Source of the DNA: Parafannyhessea sp.
Lineage (GTDB): Bacteria; Actinomycetota; Coriobacteriia; Coriobacteriales; Atopobiaceae
Length of the DNA stretch: 53,151 bases
Direction: 5' to 3'
Assembly: GCF_051876455.1 (NCBI RefSeq)
Contig: NZ_JBJEHW010000093.1
Coordinates: 1 to 53,151 of the forward strand
Part shown: positions 9,523-17,233 of the stretch, piece by piece
Layout: each line of letters begins with the position of its first letter
Position numbering within the stretch: the stretch's first letter is position 1
The notes under the pieces: model-generated
Seen by the model: the letters and a program-made list of their open reading frames with translations, nothing else
What the model was told of the DNA's origin: nothing
The model's database searches: none
Made by a program: the position numbers and the translations under genes

Positions 9523-10278
9523 ATGTGGGATTGGTTTATTAGTTTCCTTACCATGATCCTTAAGTCGCTCGCAGACCTATGCGGGGACTGGGGCATCGCT
9601 GTCATCGTGCTGACGATCATCATCCGTCTGCTTGTCATGCCGCTCATGAACAAGTCGACCGCCTCGAGCGCGAGGATGCAGGCGCTGCAGCCCAAGATGA
9701 TGGAGATCCAGAACAAGTACGCGGACGACCCCGAGCGCCAGGCCGAGGAGCTGCGCAAGTTCACTGCCGAGAACAAGTTCAACCCGCTCGGTGGCTGCCT
9801 GCCCATCCTCATCCAGATGCCCGTCTTCTTCGCGCTCTTCACGGTCGCGAAGCAGGTTCCCGCCTCCGCGCACTTCCTCAACATCATGCCGTCGCTCTCG
9901 CAGTCCGCTGCTGGCGCCATGGGCAAGGGCATCCAGGAGGCCCTCGTCTACATCATCTTCGACGTCCTGTTCGGCATCCTCACGTTCATCCCCATGATGA
10001 TGAACATGCAGAACACCCCCGAGGAGCAGCGTCAGCAGACCATGGTCATGGGTGTCGTCATGGCCGCCATGATGCTCTGGTTCGGCTGGAGCGTCCCGGG
10101 CGCCGTTCTTCTCTACTATGATGCCTCCGCAGTGTGGCAGGTCGTGCAGCAGAAGGTCGTCACCCAGCGTGTCATGGACAAGGTGAAGGCCGAGACCGAG
10201 GCCAAGCTTGCCCAGCAGGGCGTGCAGGTGGATGTGGTCCGCAAGGAGCGCAAGCCTCGCCCGCACAAGAAGAACTAG
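9523..10278 (+). CDS. yidC: YidC/Oxa1 membrane protein insertase
   Basis: WGIAVIVLTIIIRL, LQPKMMEIQ, NPLGGCLPILIQMPVF. Confidence 0.95.
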   Translation: MWDWFISFLTMILKSLADLCGDWGIAVIVLTIIIRLLVMPLMNKSTASSARMQALQPKMMEIQNKYADDPERQAEELRKFTAENKFNPLGGCLPILIQMPVFFALFTVAKQVPASAHFLNIMPSLSQSAAGAMGKGIQEALVYIIFDVLFGILTFIPMMMNMQNTPEEQRQQTMVMGVVMAAMMLWFGWSVPGAVLLYYDASAVWQVVQQKVVTQRVMDKVKAETEAKLAQQGVQVDVVRKERKPRPHKKN

Positions 10279-10344
10279 TATCATTAGAGCCTAGGGATAT
10301 TTGCGCGGCGCTTTAGTGCGCCGCGTTCGTTTTGGAGGTATACG

Positions 10345-10929
10345 GTGGAGGACGAGCAGAACGTCGTGCTCGAGGGGGATGAACCCACGCAGGGCAACGA
10401 CGCCGATGACAAGTTCGCGAAGATTCGTGAGCACTACGAGGCCGATGTCGAACTGACGGACGACGAGATCGACCTCATCGCTGACGTCGCCGTGAAGTAC
10501 ATCAGGGGCCTTCTCGGCTGCTTCGGAGAAGAGCATGTGTCCATTGACGAGTACGACGGCGATGAGGGCGAGCTCATTCTCGACATTAGCGGTGGGGACC
10601 TTGCGGTCCTCATTGGGCGTCACGGCCGCACGCTTGATGCCCTCCAGATGGTCGTCTCCTCCTACGTGAGCAACAAGATTAAGTTCCACTACCCAATCGT
10701 TGTTGACATCGAGGGCTACAAGAGCCGCCGTAGGAACAAGCTCACCGAGATGGCGAAGTCCGCCGCCGCGCGCGCCAAGAAGCAGCAGGGACGCGTGGCC
10801 TTGGCTCCCATGAACGCCTATGATCGCAGGATCATCCACCTTGCGCTTCTGGATGACGAGGACGTCACGACGCATTCCGAGGGTGTCGAGCCCGAGCGGC
10901 GCGTCGTCGTTACATATCAGGCTCGTTAG
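10345..10929 (+). CDS. jag: Jag/EloR/KhpB RNA-binding protein (KH + R3H)
   Basis: LIGRHGRTLDALQ (KH), PMNAYDRRIIHLAL (R3H), SEGVEPERRVV. Confidence 0.92.
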   Translation: MEDEQNVVLEGDEPTQGNDADDKFAKIREHYEADVELTDDEIDLIADVAVKYIRGLLGCFGEEHVSIDEYDGDEGELILDISGGDLAVLIGRHGRTLDALQMVVSSYVSNKIKFHYPIVVDIEGYKSRRRNKLTEMAKSAAARAKKQQGRVALAPMNAYDRRIIHLALLDDEDVTTHSEGVEPERRVVVTYQAR

Positions 10930-10953
10930 CGCTGAGACATTCGATCGTTATGA

Positions 10954-10987
10954 GAGGGAGACACGGACTTCGTGTCTCCCTCCTTTT
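10954..10987 (+). terminator. Intrinsic terminator after jag
   Basis: GAGGGAGACACG-gactt-CGTGTCTCCCTC followed by CTTTT. Confidence 0.8.
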
Positions 10988-12342
10988 GTAGCCAGCTGCG
11001 CTTGGCTGATCACACCATGCCATTCCTGTGGTCATGTCCTCCGGTTTCAGAAGGTCATGGAGTGAATGACATTCCGCTCTTGGTGAGGAGCCAGGTCGAA
11101 AGATTCCTGCTGGGTGCGCCACGCTTGTGCGTCCTATAAGCCGACTCTTCAGATCGCAATATTCCATTACATCACAAACCATCGCAAGGGGTATGTTCTG
11201 AGGAGTCGCTGCCAGTCCATATTATTCCAGGTCGAGGTGTAGCGTTTTGTACCGCCTAAACTGCCGAGGGTTTCTGGTGGTTCTCCAAGTCAGAGGTGCA
11301 ATCAAATTCATCAGGGGTCGCGCATGGCTTAATGACTACTTTCACCATACGAAGCAATCACATGAGAATACGGAAGTCGCTTCATTATCCTCATCTGATT
11401 GCTCCTTTATGAATCATGCAAGCCGCTGGTCTCATAAGCGCCTATGGACAGATCGAGATGCAACTCCGGCATGTGGGTCTTGTTACTGGAGCCCATATGA
11501 ATCGTTTGTTTGGCAGGCATCCAGGCAGCAGTTGCTGTTTGGCAAGATATGCCGATGAGACAAAGAGAGTCGAAATTCGCGTCTACAAAATTGAGAAGTA
11601 CTGTGTAAGGACGTGGTGACTTGACTCAGAAAGAAGGAACAATGGACTCGTCTCTGAATTCGGTGTATTTGTTTCTGGTTTGCTCTTAATGAGGCGTTGG
11701 CTACATCCATATACGTCCCATGTCCTTTGTGCAATATCTCTTTAGACATCTAGGCAGACATGACACGATGCCAGAAGACCTTGTCTATTGCATGGTAGAC
11801 ACCTTCTAGGTTGTGTCTCAGTAGCTTTTCTCATATAGGAGAAATTACGCACGATGCTTTGATTGCTGAACCCTGTCGACTTCCTTTATAAAGGCCGAAC
11901 TAGGTATTGGCTTCTATGACGTACTGGACCTTCGTGCAGCTTCTTATGATGAACGGTAGTTTCGTGCTTCAGTTGCCTCGAACAACGAATTACTTTCTGG
12001 AGCTAATTCCCACTGTACTATCTAGGGTCAACCTCCAAGTTCGGCTCAATACTGCAAAACGTGGGAAGATTGGCTCAATGCTAAAGAGGGCTGGTCGATA
12101 AAGATCACGAGTCCGCACACATCTTAAGGTCTATCTATTCGTGACCACTCATTCGTGATGTCGCTTCACTGTCTTTCATTCTATGCTTTCGTATTGAGCC
12201 GATGGCGTAGTGGGACAGACGTACCAGCGTCGCGTATCATAATCATTGCTTCGAATTCTATGAGGACATTGGGTTCTGTACCATGTTCCATGACAGACAA
12301 GAATTCCCGTTTCGGGTATTTCTGGCATATTGAGAGGCCTAT

Positions 12343-13062
12343 ATGGAAACTAACATCAGCAGGATAATATCCGAAGCTGGAGATTTCGATATCTCTGTTA
12401 CAGAGCAACAGGCTGAATCTCTTCTTAAGCACGTATTACTTGTGAATGAGAAGAACAAGAACATCAATTTGACCAGAATCACGTCAATCGAGGACGCAAT
12501 CGATAGACATATCGTAGACTCCATCCTTTACCTTAAGGCCATGGATTCATTCGACGCTTCACTTCGTCTTTGTGACATTGGTACAGGAGCTGGTTTTCCT
12601 GGTGTGCCGCTAGCAATCATGACGAATTTTCAAGTGGACATGATCGACTCCGTAGGTAAGAAGGTTCGCTGTGTCGAGTCTTTCATCCAGGATCTGAATC
12701 TATCCAATCGTTGTAATGCAATGCACGTTCGTGTCGAAGACTTTGCTCGAGATCACAGCAAACAGTACGACTATGTGACTGCACGTGCAGTCGCGAGCCT
12801 GAGAGTACTTCTGGAATATTCAGCACCGCTCCTTAAGATTGGTGGATTCGCTGTTGCATCCAAGGGAAATCTGGAGCAGCAAGAACTAGATGAAGCTCTT
12901 AGGACTGCAAAGATTTGTGGAATGAGGATTGTTACACGTGAAACATATGAGCTACCGCATGAATCCGGGCACAGAGAGATTCTGAAGTTTGAGAAATACA
13001 AGCAGCCATCAGTTCACCTGCCAAGAAGAACTGGAGAGGCGAAGTTGCAGCCCTTGTATTGA
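12343..13062 (+). CDS. rsmG: 16S rRNA m7G527 methyltransferase
   Basis: NLTRIT, HIVDS, DIGTGAGFPGVPL, TARAVA. Confidence 0.96.
   Translation: METNISRIISEAGDFDISVTEQQAESLLKHVLLVNEKNKNINLTRITSIEDAIDRHIVDSILYLKAMDSFDASLRLCDIGTGAGFPGVPLAIMTNFQVDMIDSVGKKVRCVESFIQDLNLSNRCNAMHVRVEDFARDHSKQYDYVTARAVASLRVLLEYSAPLLKIGGFAVASKGNLEQQELDEALRTAKICGMRIVTRETYELPHESGHREILKFEKYKQPSVHLPRRTGEAKLQPLY
12930..12945. promoter_or_regulatory. parS site (1 mismatch) inside rsmG
   Basis: TGTTACACGTGAAACA. Confidence 0.85.
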
Positions 13063-13068
13063 AGTAAC

Positions 13069-13905
13069 ATGGCAAGTGTTTCACGTGAAACAGTTGGGAG
13101 CAACATGACTTATAAAGACGTAAAGCGCGCCTTTCCAGACAGAGATTCAAAGGTGCTTGCAATCATTAACCAAAAAGGTGGCGTTGGAAAGTCCACGACA
13201 GCAGTAAATCTTTCTGCAGCACTAGGCGAAAACAAGAAGAAGGTTCTTGTTATCGATCTTGACCCTCAGGGCAATACGACGAGCGGATACGGAATAGAGA
13301 AGGAAGAGCTAGAGCACGACGTATATGATGCTCTTCTCGATGACTACCCTATTGAGCAGCTCATCACTGAGACCGTTGAACCCAACGTTTTCGTAATTCC
13401 TGCAACAATCCAGCTTGCCGGTGCGGAGATCGAACTCGTCTCAGCAATGGCACGCGAAAGCATTCTAAAGAGTATCCTCGCGCCGATTAGGAACGAATTC
13501 GATTATGTCTTTATTGACTGTCCACCCTCGCTGGGGTTGCTGACAGTGAATGCTCTTGTAGCGGCTGATTCGCTTCTCATTCCGATACAGTGTGAGTTCT
13601 ACGCGCTTGAGGGAGTTACAAAGCTTCTTGAGTCGATGAAGATGGTAAAGACACGTCTTAACCCTGATCTCGACGTGTTTGGCGTGGTAATGACTATGTA
13701 TGATGCAAGAACTACGCTTTCAAAACAGGTTGTCGAAGAAGTTACAAAGTACTTTGGGCGAAAAGTCTTTAAGACAATAATCCCGAGGAACGTAAAACTG
13801 TCAGAAGCACCTAGTCATGGTCTCCCGATTACACTGTATGCGCATGTCAGTAAGGGCTCGCTAGCCTATATGAAGTTAGCAAAGGAAGTGACGCGTCGTG
13901 GCTAG
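13069..13905 (+). CDS. parA: Chromosome partitioning ATPase ParA/Soj
   Basis: NQKGGVGKSTT, DLDPQGN, IDCPPSLG, PIQCEFYALEG, IPRNVKLSEAPSHG; true start may be ATG 13105. Confidence 0.97.
   Translation: MASVSRETVGSNMTYKDVKRAFPDRDSKVLAIINQKGGVGKSTTAVNLSAALGENKKKVLVIDLDPQGNTTSGYGIEKEELEHDVYDALLDDYPIEQLITETVEPNVFVIPATIQLAGAEIELVSAMARESILKSILAPIRNEFDYVFIDCPPSLGLLTVNALVAADSLLIPIQCEFYALEGVTKLLESMKMVKTRLNPDLDVFGVVMTMYDARTTLSKQVVEEVTKYFGRKVFKTIIPRNVKLSEAPSHGLPITLYAHVSKGSLAYMKLAKEVTRRG
13077..13092. promoter_or_regulatory. parS site (perfect consensus)
   Basis: Palindrome TGTTTCACGTGAAACA. Confidence 0.95.
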
Positions 13906-14776
13906 AAAAGGAGGACTTGGAAAGGGTCTCGAGTCTCTGATGGGGACTGCGGACGCTGAAATTTCTGCTATATCGACTGATTCCACTCTTCCTCTCTCAA
14001 AGATCAAGGTAAATAAGGATCAGCCTCGAAAGAATTTCGATCAAGATGCGCTCGAGGAGCTTGCAGACTCCATTAAACAGAATGGCGTCTTGCAGCCGAT
14101 TCTTGTCCGGAAAAAGGGCTCGAACTATGAGATAGTTGCTGGCGAGAGAAGGTATCAGGCTGCGAAGCTCGCAGGTCTAAAAGAAATACCAGTCAATATC
14201 AAGGATATTGACGAGAAGGAGGTCTTCAAGCTAGCCCTCATTGAGAACCTGCAACGTTCCGATCTGAACCCGATTGAAGAAGCAAAGGGTTATGAGAAGC
14301 TCATTAAGGATAATGGCTTCACGCAAGAGGAACTTGGGAAGGCAATCTCAAAGTCCCGTTCGGCCATTGCGAACACGTTGAGGCTGCTAGATCTTCCTGA
14401 CGAGGTCCAGCAGATGATGCTTGATGGAAAGCTGACTGCTGGTCATGCCAGGGCAATTCTCGCCGTTTCTGGTACAGAGGGAAAAATAAAGCTTGCCCAC
14501 AAGGTAGTAGACGAGAATTTAACGGTTAGACAGACAGAAAATCTCGCACCCCTATTTTCTGGCACTGGCAATGCGGAAGAGAAGCCTCATAGAGAGCCTA
14601 CCCCACTCGCCTACAAGCGTGCGGCAAGACAATTGCGTACGGCACTCAACACCAACGTCCGAGTCAAGAGACTCAGAAACAAGAACAAGATCGAGATTGA
14701 GTTCTCGACGGATGAGGATCTTGCAAGAATAGTTGACCTGCTTTCAAGTGAAGAGAATTCAGGAGAAAGCGAATGA
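13898..14776 (+). CDS. parB: Chromosome partitioning protein ParB/Spo0J
   Basis: GLGKGL, QPRKNF, GVLQPI, AGERRYQA, ALIENLQRSDL, KSRSAIANTLRLL, GHARAIL. Confidence 0.97.
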   Translation: MARKGGLGKGLESLMGTADAEISAISTDSTLPLSKIKVNKDQPRKNFDQDALEELADSIKQNGVLQPILVRKKGSNYEIVAGERRYQAAKLAGLKEIPVNIKDIDEKEVFKLALIENLQRSDLNPIEEAKGYEKLIKDNGFTQEELGKAISKSRSAIANTLRLLDLPDEVQQMMLDGKLTAGHARAILAVSGTEGKIKLAHKVVDENLTVRQTENLAPLFSGTGNAEEKPHREPTPLAYKRAARQLRTALNTNVRVKRLRNKNKIEIEFSTDEDLARIVDLLSSEENSGESE

Positions 14777-15009
14777 AGAAGTCGACGGCATTAATCGGAT
14801 GTGGCCTAGCCTCAGTAGCATTGTTCTTAAGCATCTGCTATTTGATGCTGAACAACGAAGCGAAGGATTCTCTTAGGACGCTATTGCAACTCATGAAAGA
14901 GAAAAGCAATGAGTCAGCGGAAGCGTCGAAGACGAAAGACTCGCAAGCGACAGGCATAAGTCGAAACAAAGAGAAGACAAGAGCCGAGTGGGAAGCAATC
15001 GGTTATTAG
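14773..15009 (+). CDS. Small hypothetical protein with one N-terminal TM/signal segment
   Basis: ATGA overlap with parB stop, SD AGGAG, hydrophobic N-terminus, followed by terminator. Confidence 0.65.
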   Translation: MKKSTALIGCGLASVALFLSICYLMLNNEAKDSLRTLLQLMKEKSNESAEASKTKDSQATGISRNKEKTRAEWEAIGY

Positions 15010-15010
15010 A

Positions 15011-15050
15011 AAAAGAGGCCAACCAGAATCAAGTCTGGTTGGTCTCTTTG
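15011..15050. terminator. Bidirectional terminator
   Basis: AAAGAGGCCAACCAGA-atcaag-TCTGGTTGGTCTCTTT between convergent genes. Confidence 0.8.
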
Positions 15051-15065
15051 CTCATATAAAAGAAC

Positions 15066-16142
15066 CTAGTGCGTCATGCGCTCGACATTCTGTTTGAGCT
15101 GTCCACAAGCGGCATCGATGTCGGATCCACGTGAGTTACGAATGGTGGCTTCGACACCGACGTTAGCAAGGCGCCTTACGAATTCCTGTGCCCGTGCCTC
15201 GGTTGAAGGCTGGAACTTCGAGCCCTTTACATCGTTAAGCTGAATGAGATTGACGTGTGCGAGGTTGTCGCGACAGAAATCACAAAGCGACGCGAGCTCC
15301 TCCTCGGTATCGTTCACACCCTTGATGAGTGCGTATTCATAGGTTGGCCGACGACCGGTCTTGTCCACATACTCGCCCATGACGTCATACAGGTGAAGGA
15401 GAGAGTACTTCTTGACGCCGGGCATGAGCATATCGCGGGTGCGCTGCACGGCCGAGTGCAGCGAGACTGCGAGAGTGAACTGCTCGGGCTCGTTGGCGAA
15501 GCGTTTGATCATGGGAATGACGCCACAAGTGGAAACGGTCAGATGCCTTGCTCCGATACCAGCCCCTTCTGGTGAATTGAGCTTGCGCAGAGCGGAAAGT
15601 ACGGCATCGTAGTTCATGAAGGGCTCGCCTTGTCCCATGAGAACAACGCTCGTGACGCGTGTATCGAAGTCATCACGTACGTGCATGACCTGCTCGTATA
15701 TCTCTCCGGCAGTGAGGTTCCTAGTGAAACCAGAGGCACCTGTGGCACAGAACGCGCAACCCATCGGACAACCGGCCTGAGAGGACGCACAAACGGCAAG
15801 CTTGCCTCGGGTGGGCATACCAACGCACTCGACGGAGACGCCATCGGGATACCTCAGGAGATACTTCCTACTCCCATCCTGAGAGATCTGCTTTACGAGC
15901 TCCTCGGTTCCACCGAGGGTGAGGTTCTCTTCGAGAACGGCTCGAAGCGATTTGGGAAGGTTAGACATCTGCGAGAAGGACGTCGCGTTCTTCTCCCATA
16001 CCCATTCCTCAACCTGCTTGGCACGGAACGCGGGCTGGCCAAGCTCCTGGAAGAGGGTGACAAGCTCCTTATGACTGTAGTTGTGAATGTCCTTCTTCTG
16101 GCGCGGGCGAGAAGAGGGCTGCTGAGTATTGGCATCTTGCAT
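15066..16142 (-). CDS. rlmN: 23S rRNA m2A2503 radical-SAM methyltransferase
   Basis: CASSQAGCPMGCAFCATG, MGQGEP, LAVSLHS, DIDAACGQL. Confidence 0.95.
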   Translation of the reverse strand: MQDANTQQPSSRPRQKKDIHNYSHKELVTLFQELGQPAFRAKQVEEWVWEKNATSFSQMSNLPKSLRAVLEENLTLGGTEELVKQISQDGSRKYLLRYPDGVSVECVGMPTRGKLAVCASSQAGCPMGCAFCATGASGFTRNLTAGEIYEQVMHVRDDFDTRVTSVVLMGQGEPFMNYDAVLSALRKLNSPEGAGIGARHLTVSTCGVIPMIKRFANEPEQFTLAVSLHSAVQRTRDMLMPGVKKYSLLHLYDVMGEYVDKTGRRPTYEYALIKGVNDTEEELASLCDFCRDNLAHVNLIQLNDVKGSKFQPSTEARAQEFVRRLANVGVEATIRNSRGSDIDAACGQLKQNVERMTH

Positions 16143-16252
16143 GATTTGGGACCTCGCCTGGGTCTACGTGATGTTGTGGAGTATCCTCGATTGAGTTAGC
16201 TCGCCTTTCGAGTTGATACTACCGCACAGAGTGCTGAATGAAGGAGCTTAAG

Positions 16253-17221
16253 ATGGAGAAGACCGACGTTACACAATGCAGCGTGGTTGTGCTTGCCGGT
16301 GGATGGTCGGACGAGAGGGAGATCTCGCTTCAGTCAGGGAGGGCTTGTCAGAAGGCACTTGGCCAGGCGGGCTTCGAAAAGGTCGACTTTTTGGACGTCG
16401 CCGAGCCTGACTTCGTGAAGAAGCTCGCCGACGGCAACTACGATGTGGCGTTCGTGGCGATGCACGGTCGATACGGTGAGGATGGTTGTATCCAGGGTTT
16501 GCTTGAGATTATGCATATTCCCTACACCTTCTCCGGCGTGTTGGCGTCTGCGACCGGTACCGAGAAGGAAGTTGCAAAGTCGATATACAGGTCCGCGGGA
16601 ATCCCCGTTCCCGAGGGCGTTGACCTGAAGGGCGACACGCAGGTAGACGATAAGATGGCTGCGGAGCTTGTGAATAAGCTCGGGTTGCCAATCTTTGTGA
16701 AGCCCGCCGCGAACGGTTCGAGCTTTGGCGTGTCTCGCGTCACCTCCGCCGACGAGCTTGCTGCGGCAGTGGCGAAGGCAGGGTCCGAGGGGGACCGTGT
16801 TCTGGTGGAGTCCTGCATCGAGGGAACCGAGATCTCCGTTCCCGTCATCGGCAACGACAACCCCCATGCGCTGCCAATCATCGAGGTTGTGACCGGTGCT
16901 GACTTTTACGACAGCAAGGTGAAGTACGAGCCGTCCGCTCTGCACCACGTCATTCCCGCCCGCCTGCCCGAGGCGGCATACGCGAAGGCGCAGGAGCTGG
17001 CCGTGCGCGCACATAAGGCACTGGGTTGCCTTGGTGCATCAAGAAGCGACTTTATTGTAAAGTCTGATGGCACCCCCGTAATCCTGGAGACGAACACGAT
17101 TCCCGGCATGACGGAATCGAGCCTGATGCCGGACTCCGCCCGCCACGAGGGCATCGAGTTCCCCGAACTCTGCCGCAAGTTTGTGGAGTACGCGCTCGAG
17201 GCGCACGGAACGAAAGAGTAG
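16253..17221 (+). CDS. ddl: D-alanine--D-alanine ligase
   Basis: GGWSDEREISLQSG, MHGRYGEDG, KPAANGSSFG, ETNTIPGMT; SD AAGGAG favours ATG 16253 over 16238. Confidence 0.95.
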   Translation: MEKTDVTQCSVVVLAGGWSDEREISLQSGRACQKALGQAGFEKVDFLDVAEPDFVKKLADGNYDVAFVAMHGRYGEDGCIQGLLEIMHIPYTFSGVLASATGTEKEVAKSIYRSAGIPVPEGVDLKGDTQVDDKMAAELVNKLGLPIFVKPAANGSSFGVSRVTSADELAAAVAKAGSEGDRVLVESCIEGTEISVPVIGNDNPHALPIIEVVTGADFYDSKVKYEPSALHHVIPARLPEAAYAKAQELAVRAHKALGCLGASRSDFIVKSDGTPVILETNTIPGMTESSLMPDSARHEGIEFPELCRKFVEYALEAHGTKE

Positions 17222-17233
17222 TAAGGACACTGC

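Noticed and set aside
10910-12432. Short ORFs of 60-103 aa in the jag-rsmG gap
   Set aside because: No recognisable motifs, no convincing SD, mutually overlapping; cannot be supported as genes
10930-15100. Low-GC region as a horizontally acquired island
   Set aside because: No integrase, transposase, tRNA or direct repeats; contains core genes in canonical order and fades gradually. Kept instead as a compositional finding.
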